In this document: positions 9,093 through 20,160 of the stretch, one piece after another
Position numbering within the stretch: the first letter of the stretch is position 1
Layout: every line of letters begins with the position of its first letter
From: Candidatus Eiseniibacteriota bacterium
GTDB lineage: Bacteria; Eisenbacteria; RBG-16-71-46
Assembly (NCBI GenBank): GCA_963707915.1
Contig: OY970178.1
Coordinates: 896,001-960,000, forward strand
Direction: 5' to 3'
Length of the DNA: 64,000 nt
The notes under the pieces: generated by a model
What the model was told of the DNA's origin: nothing
The model's input: the letters and a program-made list of their open reading frames with translations, nothing else
Database searches by the model: none
Translations under genes and position numbers: made by a program

Positions 9093-9268
9093 GGTCGTTG
9101 GAGTCGTCCAACGTAGCAGCTACCTGGCAACGGCATCGGCTTTCGCCGCACGTGCTGCCGCCGCCAACCGATTGAGTGTGGCGCAGAGAACGCAACGGGC
9201 AAGTCTGCGCGGGGCCTCGTGATTGGCCGGCGCGGCAGCTCGCGCGCGTCGCATTCATTCTGCTGGGC

Positions 9269-10045
9269 TCAATGGCCAACCGAAACGGGTGGCTCCGGGG
9301 TCCGACGTCTGAAGACGTAGATCGCCCAACCGAGCGTGTCTCGACCCCAGCGAAGGTATGCTGCCCTCTCCTTGGCTACTCGGCGCACAAGCTCCGGCAG
9401 ATCCGGGTCATCCGAATGCGAGCGCGCGTACTCGACCGTAGCGGCCCACTGCAGTCCTTCGTATCTATCCCAGTCGTCCTTGTTGCTCACAAGAGTGTGG
9501 ACGAGGTCGAGCCCCCGTTCCTCCCCCACCTCGACGTTGCCAGCGTGCGTCCCGAACGCCTCCCTCCCCTCGCCGAGGACCTGGAGGTACTCCTCAGATG
9601 GCTCCTGCAGCCAGTACGGCTCGCCCGTGATCACCCAGCCGCCGGGCACGACCATGCGTATGAGCGCATCCACAGTGCCGGCATGCCCTCCGTAGACCCA
9701 GCTGGCGCCAATGCAGGAGGCCACGGTGAAGCTGTGAGGCTCGTCCGGCTGGAAGTCGGCGCCGTTCATCTGAAGGAAGACGACCTGCGCGGCGGGCACC
9801 CGCACCCTGAGCCTACTTCCGGCTTCCGCAACGAAGAACGGTGAGAGGTCGATGCCCACGCAGCCGACCCTGTAGGCCTCGGCCAGGCGAGTCAGGAACT
9901 CGCCCTTGCCGCAGGCGATGTCGACCACGCGCGCGTTGGGCGGAAGCCGCAGCAGTTCCACAAGGCGGCCCAGCTTCTCCTCGCTCGTGGGATTGCAGAT
10001 CACGTGCTCGCGATGGGTGATGTCGTAGAACTTCCACGTGTCCAT
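9269..10045 (-). CDS. class I SAM-dependent methyltransferase (YjhP-like)
   Basis: HVICNP, motif I VVDIACGKGE, GIDLS, SCIGASW, PGGWVITGEPYW, DWDRYE. Confidence 0.88.
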   Translation of the reverse strand: MDTWKFYDITHREHVICNPTSEEKLGRLVELLRLPPNARVVDIACGKGEFLTRLAEAYRVGCVGIDLSPFFVAEAGSRLRVRVPAAQVVFLQMNGADFQPDEPHSFTVASCIGASWVYGGHAGTVDALIRMVVPGGWVITGEPYWLQEPSEEYLQVLGEGREAFGTHAGNVEVGEERGLDLVHTLVSNKDDWDRYEGLQWAATVEYARSHSDDPDLPELVRRVAKERAAYLRWGRDTLGWAIYVFRRRTPEPPVSVGH

Positions 10046-10068
10046 AGTCTAGTCTCGCGGCCCCCGAC

Positions 10069-11343
10069 TCACTTCCCCCAATTCACACCCAGGCTCGCCT
10101 GCCAGCCAGTCACGTCGTAGTCGGGCCGGTGGATCAACCGCTTGAACTCGGCGTACACCTGCTCCTCCTCGGCGTTCTTCGGATCTGCGCCATCACGGAA
10201 GCGTCCGCGTTGGGCTTGCAGCCACCGGGCCTCGAGAGTCCCGTGGAAGCGGTTCCAGATGTGGAACTGGTAGCCCGCCACGAACGTAACGCCGTAGCTG
10301 TAGTACGCGCCATCGGTCTTGACGTCGAGCGTGTCGAGCGTGGGCTCCTCCACGACGCGCAGGCGGATGGTCTCGTCGTTCTCGATGAACGCGATGCCCA
10401 GGCCGTAGTAGGCGCCGATTTCCCGCGTCCAGTCCCCACCGCGCCAGCGGCGCAGCACCTCGACCGTCGTGGGGACGCTGAGCACGTCCATAAAGTTGGT
10501 CTCCACCTTCACCGTCGGGTCGGTGACGTCCACCTTCGTGCGCGCAGACGAGAAGTTGAGCGCCGCGCGCGCGCCCCAGCACGGCCGGAACCAGTAGGAG
10601 TAGTCGAACCTCACTCCGCCGAGCGTGCCGTATACGCGGTTCATCTCGGACGCGGTCAGTTGGTGGCCGGTGCTGGATACGCCGACGAATCCACGCCAGG
10701 GCCCGTAGGGACTCGCGCGTTTCCAGCCGGGCGCCGACGCGGGCCCCTGCGGCGCGCCAGGCGAGGACGTGGTCGCGGTCACGAGTTCCTGGACCAGCGC
10801 CTTGACCAGGTTGAATCCGGCTTGCTGCGCGGCCTGCTCCGGCCGCAGCGGACCGGAGCACTTCCCCTCCTTCAAGAACCTCCACAACTCCCGTCCGGTT
10901 CGCGTGTCGGTGCACACGAAGCGCGCCTGCACACGTGCCTGCGCACCGAAGAAGCGCGCGAACGTCGAGGGCACGTCGATGTAGGTGATGGTGGTGGCGA
11001 GGTCAAGGCGCTGAGGTTCCGACGCCGGGCCGGGCGCGCCGGCCGCGGCGTCGGCGGCGGTCGTGTCGACGAGCGTGGAGACGGGGGCCGCGGTCTCCAC
11101 GACTCGTTCGAACACGCCTCGCTGGCTGAGTTGCTTGATGGCGCGGGCGCGCAGCATGACCTCGAGCCCGCTCGGGAAGCCCTGGGCGGCCGCATCGCGG
11201 TCCACCACGAACGGCGCCACACCGGCCACCGTGTAGGCGGCAAGCCTGCCCGCCGTCGGCTCGGCGGACGCACGGCTGCCGGTCGGGAGCAGCGCCGCGG
11301 AAAGGGCCAGTGCCAGAGCGAACCACGTGCGGGGATTCGGCAT
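10069..11343 (-). CDS. exported protein: N-terminal DUF4410-like alpha/beta domain + C-terminal outer-membrane beta-barrel
   Basis: GAGGAGG SD and ATG 11343; Sec signal; ARFFGAQARVQARFVCTDTRTG; P/A/G-rich linker; amphipathic strands ending GWQASLGVNWGK. Confidence 0.6.
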   Translation of the reverse strand: MPNPRTWFALALALSAALLPTGSRASAEPTAGRLAAYTVAGVAPFVVDRDAAAQGFPSGLEVMLRARAIKQLSQRGVFERVVETAAPVSTLVDTTAADAAAGAPGPASEPQRLDLATTITYIDVPSTFARFFGAQARVQARFVCTDTRTGRELWRFLKEGKCSGPLRPEQAAQQAGFNLVKALVQELVTATTSSPGAPQGPASAPGWKRASPYGPWRGFVGVSSTGHQLTASEMNRVYGTLGGVRFDYSYWFRPCWGARAALNFSSARTKVDVTDPTVKVETNFMDVLSVPTTVEVLRRWRGGDWTREIGAYYGLGIAFIENDETIRLRVVEEPTLDTLDVKTDGAYYSYGVTFVAGYQFHIWNRFHGTLEARWLQAQRGRFRDGADPKNAEEEQVYAEFKRLIHRPDYDVTGWQASLGVNWGK

Positions 11344-11659
11344 CGAACGTTCCTCCTCGGCCGCCGCGACATAACCGCTGCGGAGCGTGAGCGTAGGAAC
11401 ACTCATACGGGCAGATCCGACTATATGCCCGTCGTGGTCGCCCGCACCACGGAAAGTTCGCCCGCCTCGCCCGCCTCGCCCGCCTGGGCGCGAGCGAGCC
11501 GCGTACCGGTGACGCTGACCTCGCCCCGGTCACTCGGGCACTCACAACCCCGGAGGACCGAAGGACTCGTTACGCGTAGGACGGGGAGCCGGTCGATCGC
11601 GGCGGTGGCCGACGACGTCCCCGGCGACGATTGTCGGCCGGCGGGATCGCGTGCGGCAG

Positions 11660-12355
11660 CTACGAGCGGCCGAACTCCTCGTCCCCCGGCCGCTCGGCAT
11701 CTTCGGCGTGGTGCTTGATGACCCGCGCTTCGGTGATGAAGACGACCTCTTCGGCGATGTTGGTGGCGAGGTCGGCCACGCGCTCGAGGTTGCGCGCCAC
11801 CAGGATCAACTCCATCGCCCGGTTGATGGTCATCGGGTCCTCGACCATGAAGCCGACGAGATCGTGGAAGACCTGTCGGTTGAGGGCGTCCACCTCGTCG
11901 TCCCGGGCACACAGCCGCCGCGCACTCTCGGCGTCACGCCTCACGAACGCGTCCAGCGCCTCGTGCAGCATGCCGCCCGCGAGCCCGGCCATGCGCGGGA
12001 TGTCCACCAGGGGCTTGAGCAGGGGCTCGCCCGCCAGCCGGAGCACACCGCCTGCGATGTTCACCGCGTGATCTCCCACGCGTTCAAGATCGTTGTTGAT
12101 CTTGAGGCCCGCCGTGATGAACCTCAGGTCACGGGCCATCGGCTGCTGGAGCGCGAGCAGGCGCACGCATCGCTCATCGATGTCGATCTCCATGCGGTCG
12201 ATGACCTGGTCCTCGCCGAGGACCTCCTCCGCCAGGCTCACGTCGAGGCGGCGCAGCGCCTCGACCGCCTTGAGCACGATGCCCTCGGCGCGCCCGCCCA
12301 TGAGCAGCAGCTGCTCCTTGAGACCCTCCAGCTCGCGTTCGAAGTGTCGTTCCAC
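11660..12355 (-). CDS. phoU: phosphate signalling complex protein PhoU
   Basis: ALQQPMARDLR, DLERVGDHAVNIA, NLERVADLATNIAE. Confidence 0.96.
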   Translation of the reverse strand: MERHFERELEGLKEQLLLMGGRAEGIVLKAVEALRRLDVSLAEEVLGEDQVIDRMEIDIDERCVRLLALQQPMARDLRFITAGLKINNDLERVGDHAVNIAGGVLRLAGEPLLKPLVDIPRMAGLAGGMLHEALDAFVRRDAESARRLCARDDEVDALNRQVFHDLVGFMVEDPMTINRAMELILVARNLERVADLATNIAEEVVFITEARVIKHHAEDAERPGDEEFGRS

Positions 12356-12379
12356 GTCGGTCCCCTGTGGATCGCGGCG

Positions 12380-13120
12380 CTAGCCGAAGCGCCCGGTGAT
12401 GTAGTCCTCGGTGAGCTTCTGGCGCGGCCGGGTGAAGAGCTGGCGGGTCTCGCCCACCTCGATCAGCTCGCCGACGAGCATGAAGGCGGTGCGGTCCGAG
12501 ACGCGGGCCGCCTGCTGCATGTTGTGCGTCACCATCACGATGGTATAGCGCTCCTTGAGCTCGAGGACCAGCTCCTCGATGCGCGCCGTGGCCGTCGGGT
12601 CGAGCGCGGAGGCCGGCTCGTCCATCAGGAGCACCTCGGGCTCCACCGCCAGCGCGCGGGCGATGCAGAGACGCTGCTGCTGGCCGCCCGAGAGGGCCAG
12701 GGCCGACTTCCCGAGCCGGTCCCGCACTTCGTCCCACAGGGCGGCGTGCCGCAGGCCGGCCTCGACGCGCGCCTCCAGTTCGGCGCGATCCCGCAGGCCG
12801 AGCAGGCGCAGGCCGAAGGCCACGTTGTCGAAGATGGACTTGGGGAATGGGTTCGGGCGCTGGAACACCATGCCGACACGGCGGCGCAGCTCCACCACGT
12901 CGGTCGCGGCCGCGTAGACGTCGAGGCCCGAGACCCGCACCTCACCCTGCACGCGCACACCCGGGATGAGGTCGTTCATGCGGTTGAAGGAGCGCAGCAG
13001 GGTGCTCTTGCCGCAGCCCGAGGGCCCGATGATGGCGGTGACGCTGTGCGCGGGCACGTCGAGCGTGACCTGCTTGAGTGCGTGGTGCGGCCCGTACCAC
13101 AGGTCGAAGTCGCGTGTCAC
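12380..13120 (-). CDS. pstB: phosphate ABC transporter ATP-binding protein; true start may be GTG 13257 with a frameshift near 13150
   Basis: [57 protein letters not shown]. Confidence 0.96.
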   Translation of the reverse strand: MTRDFDLWYGPHHALKQVTLDVPAHSVTAIIGPSGCGKSTLLRSFNRMNDLIPGVRVQGEVRVSGLDVYAAATDVVELRRRVGMVFQRPNPFPKSIFDNVAFGLRLLGLRDRAELEARVEAGLRHAALWDEVRDRLGKSALALSGGQQQRLCIARALAVEPEVLLMDEPASALDPTATARIEELVLELKERYTIVMVTHNMQQAARVSDRTAFMLVGELIEVGETRQLFTRPRQKLTEDYITGRFG

Positions 13121-13258
13121 GACGCACGGCTCCGCCGCCGCTGGCGCGTGGCGGCCCCCGCGGCGGCTCCTTCTTCGGCCGGCGCTGCATGGGCAGCCTC
13201 GACGCGCCGGTCCTCCGGCAGGATGGTGCGGATCGTGGGCGGGGTCTCCACCGTCACC

Positions 13259-14144
13259 TCAGTTCCTCCCCGGCAGGCGTCTGAGCGTGATGCGCAGGAC
13301 CGCCGAGAGCAGCGTCACCAGCATGAGCAATACGAGCGCCCCGGTCCAGGCCTGGCGGTTCCAGTCCTCGTAGGGCGCACGCGCGTAGTCGAAGATGAAG
13401 ACCGGCAGCGAGGCCATGGGCTGGTCGAGCCGCAGCGACCAGAAGCGGTTGCCGAGCGCGGTGAAGAGCAGCGGTGCGGTCTCGCCCGCAGCGCGCGCGA
13501 TCGCCAGCATGGTGGCGGTCACGATGCCGGCCGAGGCCGAAGGGATCACCACCTCCTGGATGGTGCGCCAGCTGCGGCGCCCCCAGCGCCAGCGACGCCT
13601 CGCGGTACGAGCGAGGCACGAGCCGCACCACCTCCTCGGTGGAGCGCACGATGGTCGGCAGCATCAGGATGCCCAGCGCCACGCCGCCGGCCAGCGCGGA
13701 GAAGCGCCCCATCGGGACCACGACCAGCCCGTAGGCCGCCACGCCCACCACGATCGAGGGCACGCCGGCCAGCACGTCGGCGGTGTAGCGGACCAGTGCG
13801 GCGAAGCGCCCGTGACCGTACTCGGAGAGCCACACGCCCGCGCCCACGCCGACCGGCACCGCGATCACCGCTCCGAGCCCGACCAGTACGAGCGTGCCGA
13901 CGATGGCGTTGGCCATGCCGCCACCGGACTCACCCACCGGCTTCGGCATGTGCAGGAAGAAGGCGAGATTCAGCGCGGGCAGCCCCTTCGCGAGCAGGTG
14001 CCAGACGATGAGCGCCAGGGGCAGGATGACGATGGCGGAGGCGATCCAGCAGGCCGCCAGGTTCGCGGCGTTCCACAGGCGGCGATCCCACGAGGGCCCG
14101 CTCGGCCACAGTCGCCTCAAGGTCCTAGGCCGCGCCGGAGACAT
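13259..14144 (-). CDS. pstA: phosphate ABC transporter permease PstA; frameshift near 13573
   Basis: GGGMANAIVGT, LAGVPSIVVG, REASLALGA. Continues in another frame with ARAAGETAPLLFT. Confidence 0.93.
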
Positions 14145-15120
14145 CGCGCCTCCCTCCCGTGGCCCAGTGCACGAGCACCCGGGCCACGGCGTTCACCACC
14201 AGCGTGAGCACGAACAGCACCAGGGCGATCTCGATCAGAGACGAGAGGTACAGGTCGCCCGTGGCCTCGGTGAACTCGTTGGCGATCACGCTCGCCATGG
14301 TCGAGCCGGGCGCGAGCAGCGAGGCGGAGATGCGGTTGCTGTTGCCGATCACCATCGTGACCGCCATGGTCTCGCCCAGCGCACGCCCCAGCGCCAGGAT
14401 GATCGCACCGAGGATGCCGGGCCGCGCGGCGTCCAGCACGACCCCGATCGCCTCGCTGCGGGTCGAGCCCAGCGCCAGCGCGGCCTCGCGCAGCGTCCGC
14501 GGCGTGGAGAGCAGGATCTCGCGCGAGAGCGAGACGATGGTGGGCAGCACCATCACGGCCAGCACGATCCCGGCGTTCAACATGCCGATGCCGAACGGGA
14601 AGCCCTGGAAGAACGGCAGGAACCCCAGGTGCCCGACGAGCCACGGCTCGACCACGGTGCGCAGGAAGGGCGCGAGCACGAACAGCCCCCAGATGCCGTA
14701 GACGATGCTGGGGATGGAGGCCAGCAGCTCCACCACGAAGGCCACCGCGTCGCCCACGCGCCGCGGCGCCAGCTCGGCGAGGAACACGGCCGCGCCGAGG
14801 CCAAGCGGTACGGCGAGCAGCATGGCGATGGTCGAGGAGACCACGGTGCCGTAAAGATACGGCAGCGCCCCGAATCTACCCGCGACCGGATCCCACTCCG
14901 TGGAGGTGAAGAAACGCCAGCCGAAGGTCCGGATGGACAGCCCCGAGCCGCGCGCCGACTCGTAGACGATGAGCGCGGCGATCACGAAGATGAGCAGTGC
15001 GAAGCTGGTCAGCAGCCCCCGGTAGGCTTCATCGGCAAACGCCCAGCGCCGCGCGGCCCCGGGCGGGCGTGCAGGCCATGGCGTGGCCACGGCCTGCGCG
15101 GGGACCGTCCGTTCGCTCAA
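14125..15120 (-). CDS. pstC: phosphate ABC transporter permease PstC
   Basis: WDPVAGRFGALPYLYGT, ELLASIPSIVYG, LGRALGETMAVTMVIGN; TTG start. Confidence 0.95.
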   Translation of the reverse strand: MSERTVPAQAVATPWPARPPGAARRWAFADEAYRGLLTSFALLIFVIAALIVYESARGSGLSIRTFGWRFFTSTEWDPVAGRFGALPYLYGTVVSSTIAMLLAVPLGLGAAVFLAELAPRRVGDAVAFVVELLASIPSIVYGIWGLFVLAPFLRTVVEPWLVGHLGFLPFFQGFPFGIGMLNAGIVLAVMVLPTIVSLSREILLSTPRTLREAALALGSTRSEAIGVVLDAARPGILGAIILALGRALGETMAVTMVIGNSNRISASLLAPGSTMASVIANEFTEATGDLYLSSLIEIALVLFVLTLVVNAVARVLVHWATGGRRDVSGAA

Positions 15121-15142
15121 CTCGAGAGTCCTTCCATCCCGC

Positions 15143-16213
15143 TCAGCGCCGGCCGAGCAAGGGCTTGCCGCCGGAGGTGAGCACCAGCACGTTCGCCTCG
15201 TTCACCTTGACCACCGCCTCGGGCAGCCGGGCGTAGTCCAGGGCCTCGACCATCTCCTGGCCGTCACGCATGGCCCAGCGGATGAACTCGGCCAGCGCAC
15301 GGCCCTTCGCCGGGTCCTTCTGTTCGCGGTACACGAGCAGGTAGGTGAGCCCCGAGATCGGCCAGGCGTCCGGCGCGGACGAGTTCACGATGGGCGCGCG
15401 CACGTCCTTCGCGAGCGCGGCGGCGGCACCCCCCACGGCCGCGGTCGTGGAGGCGAGAGTCGGCTCCACGAAGCGGCCGGCCTGGTTGCGCAGCACGGCC
15501 ACCGGCAGGCGGTTCTGCTTCGCGTACGCCAGCTCCACGTAACCGATCGCACCCGGGGTCTGGCGCACGAGACCCGCCACGCCGTCGTTGCCCTTGCCGC
15601 CCACTCCGGAGGGCCAGGAGACCGAGGTGTTGGCGCCCACCAACTTCATCCATTCGCCGCTCACCGCCGAAAGATACATCGTGAAGATGTTGGTGGTGCC
15701 GCTGCCGTCGGAGCGGTGCACCGCCAGGATCGGGGCGGCCGGCAGCGCCACGCCGGGGTTCACCGCCGCCACACGCTTGTCATTCCAGGTCGTGATCCTG
15801 CCCATGTAGATGGCGGTGAGAACCTCGGGGGTGAGCCTCAACCGCTCCCGGAGGCCGGGGAGGTTGTAGGCCAGGACCACGGCACCCGCCACGGTGGGGA
15901 AGTGAATCACCGGGCGAGGCAGCTCCTTGAGGCGGTCATTCGAGAGTGCCGCGTCGCTGGCCCCGAAATCCACGGTACCGGCCTTCACCTGCTGGATGCC
16001 GGCGCCGCTGCCGATGGACTGGTAGTTGATCGTGACGCCGGTCTTCTGTCGATAGGTGTCGAACCACTTCGAGTAGACGGGGTAGGGAAACGTGGCGCCC
16101 GCACCCGTGAGGTTCTGGGCCGCGGCACCCGTTACGTGCACGGCGCTGCCCAGCACCACCCCGGCGATGACCCACGCCGCCGCTACTGCCGCCTGCTTCA
16201 GCGAGCCCCTCAT
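15143..16213 (-). CDS. pstS: phosphate ABC transporter substrate-binding protein PstS
   Basis: AAAGGAG SD and ATG 16213; signal peptide; GAGATFP, YQSIGSGAG, DFGASD, HRSDGSGTT, GKGNDGV. Confidence 0.96.
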   Translation of the reverse strand: MRGSLKQAAVAAAWVIAGVVLGSAVHVTGAAAQNLTGAGATFPYPVYSKWFDTYRQKTGVTINYQSIGSGAGIQQVKAGTVDFGASDAALSNDRLKELPRPVIHFPTVAGAVVLAYNLPGLRERLRLTPEVLTAIYMGRITTWNDKRVAAVNPGVALPAAPILAVHRSDGSGTTNIFTMYLSAVSGEWMKLVGANTSVSWPSGVGGKGNDGVAGLVRQTPGAIGYVELAYAKQNRLPVAVLRNQAGRFVEPTLASTTAAVGGAAAALAKDVRAPIVNSSAPDAWPISGLTYLLVYREQKDPAKGRALAEFIRWAMRDGQEMVEALDYARLPEAVVKVNEANVLVLTSGGKPLLGRR

Positions 16214-16492
16214 GCGCTTTCTCCTTTCACCACCTCGGCGCTGACGCGCTCGACCGGGAGCCACCCGGTGGTCCATTCCCGCCCCGGCCACCGCCGCCGC
16301 CCGGGATCCGAACATCCGCCGCGCCCGCGCATGGAGGTCGGGCAGGGTGTGATGGACGCGGAAGAGACCGGGTGGGCGGCGGGCGATGGCGCGGATGAGG
16401 TTCGGCACCGCGGCCTTCGTCATGAGGGCCGGGCGTCCGCGGTGCGGTCGAGCAGTGGGCGGCTTCACGCCCAGAAGAACACCACGAACCGT

Positions 16493-16521
16493 GTTACGGC
16501 GCGGTTACCGCCCCATGACGT
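16493..16521 (-). promoter_or_regulatory. Pho box (three 11-bp-periodic half-sites) upstream of pstS
   Basis: The minus strand reads GTCAT-ggggcg-GTAAC-cgcgcc-GTAAC, matching PhoB GTCA(T/C) direct repeats with 11-bp periodicity. Confidence 0.75.
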
Positions 16522-16554
16522 CGGAGGAAATTCGACGGTCCGGGGCCGGCCGGC

Positions 16555-18320
16555 TCAGGCGGCGGGCGCCGGGCCCCGGGCCGGCTCGCGCGGGATCTCC
16601 ACGCGGAAGCGGCTGCCCTCGCCCGGCCTACTGTGGAGGGCCACCTCGCCCCCGTGCAGTCCGGCGATGTGCTTGACGATGGCCAGCCCCAGCCCCGTGC
16701 CGCCCTTCTCGCGCGAGCGGGCCTTGTCCACGCGGTAGAAGCGCTCGAAGACGCGCGGCTGGTCGCCCTCCGGGATTCCGCAGCCCGTGTCCTCGACCTC
16801 ACACCACACGCGCTCGTTCGCTTCCCCCGCCCGCACCCGCACTGCTCCGCGCTCGGTGTACTTCACGGCGTTGTCGAGCAGGTTCGCCAGGAGTTGCTCG
16901 ACGAGACCGCGGTCGGCGGTCACCGGCAGCGTCGGCCCCGGCTCGACCGCCAGCTCGAGCCCGGCCTTCGCGGCGCGCGATTGGAACGCCGCCGCCTGCC
17001 GCGCCACGGCATCGCGCAGGTCGAAACGCTCGAGGTGGAGCCGGGCGTCGGGCCGCTCCAGGCCCGCCAGCGTCAGCAGGTCCTCGGCGATGGCCTCGAG
17101 CCGCACCGCCTGATCGCGTATCACCTGCACGAAGCGCACCCGGTTCTCCGGGTCGTCGAGGCCGCCCTCCAGCAGGGTTTCCGCGTAGCCGCGCAGCGAG
17201 GTCAACGGGGTGCGCAGCTCATGCGAGACGTTGGCCACGAAGTCCTGGCGTACACGGTCGATGCGCTCGGCTTCCGAGAGGTCGTGCAGCACGAGCAGCA
17301 CCGTGCCACCGCCGGAACCCCCCAGCGACGTCGCGGTGGCATGCACGAGCCGCTGGTCGTGCGTCCAGAGCCGCAGATCCACTTCCTGCGTGCGTCCGCC
17401 TTCACGCACGGTCCGTACCAGCCCGACCAGTTCCGGTGAGCGCACGAACTCGGCCAGCGACGTGCCGGCTTCGGCCGGAAGCGGCGCTCCCGCCATCTCC
17501 GCGAAGCTGCGATTCATCCGCACGATGCGGCCCGTGCCATCCACCAGGACCACTCCGTCCGACAGGTGCGCCAGGATCTGCTCGCGCTCGTCGCGCTCGC
17601 GCTCCAATGCGGTGAGCCGCGACCGGCCCTCGGCCGCCATCTCGTTGAGTGCCCGCCCGAGCCGCCCCAGTTCGTCCGCGGGCTGCTCCAGGGCCCGCAC
17701 GGTGAGGTCACCGCGGCCCAGGCGGCGCGCCACCGCTTCGAGCTGACCCGTGCGTGCCGCCTGGCGCCGGGCGGCCCAGAGCACGACGGGCACGCTCAGC
17801 AGCAGCGCAAGCGCTGCGGCTGCCAGCGAGAGCCGGAGCAGGGACATGTCGAGGGCGCGCACCATCACGAGCGGCTCGGCGAGGCGCACGACTGCGACGG
17901 GGCTCCCGGCCGGGCCCGGAACAGCGACGTAGACCAGGTCGACGCCGAGCGTGTGGCTGTGACGCATCGAGCGCCCGGTACGGCCACGCAACGCGGCCCC
18001 CACCTCCGGCCGGCCCGCGTGATTCTCGACCGACGCCAGTCGCCCGGACGGGACTTCGGAGTCGCCCAGGACACGCCCCGCGCTGTCGATGAGCGTCACC
18101 CGATAACCCAGCGTCGTTCCGAGGCGGGCGGCCGTGGCCGCCCACTCGCCGGGCTGCGACAGGCCGGCCGCCACGTGCCGCCCCGCGCGCTCGAGGCTCT
18201 CGGCCGTCCGGTCCGCCACCCACGCGCGCTGCTGCCGAACGACCAGCAGGGTCATGAGGGTCAGGGCCACCGCCACGACCGCGACGTGCCACACGACCAG
18301 GCGCACCCGCAGGGAGGGAT

Positions 18321-18324
<4 letters not shown>
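16555..18324 (-). CDS. phoR: phosphate regulon sensor histidine kinase (sensor-HAMP-PAS-HisKA-HATPase)
   Basis: ENHAGRPEV sensor motif, HAMP DELGRL, DFVANVSHELRTPLTS, NLLDNAVKY, FERFYRVDKARSR, GGTGLGLAIVKH. Confidence 0.93.
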
Positions 18325-19025
<701 letters not shown>

Positions 19026-19339
19026 GGACCCTCCAGTCCGCGGATGCTACGGGCCGCCGGAAACCAACGTCAATCGGCTGTCAACGACAATCGCCCCGCA
19101 GCCGCCCGTCGACGCTCCCGGCGAACGCATGGTCCACCGGCTTGCCGGGACGGGTGAGGTCGACCGCGACCCCGCGATTTGCACGGAATTGACCGGCCCG
19201 GGGGCAACCCGGCCGCATCCAAACCGGTGCGAGCAACCGGGGGTCGTCGGTCGTCCTGCCGGTGCAGGCTCCTCGTCGACTCGAGAGTCGGAACCTGCAG
19301 CGCTGGCCCGATCGGACTCCGATCTCCTGGGAGGCGATC

Positions 19340-19966
19340 ATGCACAAGGCCAGAGCGCTTACCTCCTTCTGCGCGGGCACCCTCCTGCTCGCGCTCGCAC
19401 AGGTCCCGGCCTCGGCGCAGACCTGGACCGAGGTCGACGATGCCGGCGACCTGCCGGCCACGGCGCAGGGCACGGCCGGCGGCAATGCTCTCACGACCCT
19501 CTCGGGCAACCTGGGCACACCTGCGGACGTGGACATGTACTGCGTCGCCGTGACGGACCCGGCCGTGTTCGCGGCCTGCCTGCAGTGCGTCCTGCCCCAG
19601 GGTCCGAACCTCTGGATCTTCGACGCGAACGGCAAGGGCGTCGCGGCGAACACGCTCTGCCAGGCGGGGTGCAAGGGCGTGACCAGCCCTCTCATCACCG
19701 TCCCGGGGACCTACTACGTCGCCGTGGCGTACGACCAGGTCTATCCGTATTCCGGTGCCGGCATCATGTGGAATCCGGCCTACGCCGCACAGCGCGCGCC
19801 GGACGGCCCCGGCGCGGCCGGAGTCGTCTCATCCTGGGCCGGCAGCCCAGATGTGCAGCCCCAGAATCCGTACCAGATCACCTTCCTCGGCGGCACCGGA
19901 TTCTGCAGCGAGGTCGTGTCGGCCCGCGGCATGACCTGGGGAAGGTTGAACCAGATCTACCGTTGA
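19340..19966 (+). CDS. secreted PPC/pre-peptidase-like beta-sandwich protein with a C-terminal TWGxLxxxYR motif
   Basis: GGAGG SD; signal peptide ending ASA; WTEVDDAGDLP, DVDMY, LWIFDANGKGVAAN, PGTYYVAV; ends SARGMTWGRLNQIYR. Confidence 0.75.
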   Translation: MHKARALTSFCAGTLLLALAQVPASAQTWTEVDDAGDLPATAQGTAGGNALTTLSGNLGTPADVDMYCVAVTDPAVFAACLQCVLPQGPNLWIFDANGKGVAANTLCQAGCKGVTSPLITVPGTYYVAVAYDQVYPYSGAGIMWNPAYAAQRAPDGPGAAGVVSSWAGSPDVQPQNPYQITFLGGTGFCSEVVSARGMTWGRLNQIYR

Positions 19967-20037
19967 CGGCGTCTCGAGCGGTCCAGGTCCTTCCCTGCGG
20001 ATGCCCGGCCGGCGACGATGGAATGGAGTGACGCTGC

Positions 20038-20160
20038 TCAGCGCGTCGAGGCCCCCGCCTCGGCCGGCGCCGCGACGGCCGCGCTCTTCACGTACTTGTC
20101 GTACCACTCGATCACGCGCGCCCAGTAGTCGAGCACCGACTCCCGCGCCGCGGGCACGTG
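20038..20160 (-). pseudogene. orphan 3' fragment of an S9-family peptidase
   Basis: Translates HVPAARESVLDYWARVIEWYDKYVKSAAVAAPAEAGASTR*, which resembles the S9 C-terminus after the catalytic His. No upstream gene body. Confidence 0.55.

Noticed and set aside
11461..11485. CCCGCCTCG repeated about three times in an intergenic region
   Set aside because: A short GC-rich microrepeat with no spacers. It is not CRISPR and no function can be supported.
13560..13580. Programmed frameshifting in pstA or the other split genes
   Set aside because: No slippery heptamers or consistent stimulatory structures were seen, and the indels are scattered as expected for sequencing error.
16214..16468. 85-codon in-frame N-terminal extension of PstS
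   Set aside because: A strong SD and signal peptide begin at 16213, and the extension has no protein-like features.
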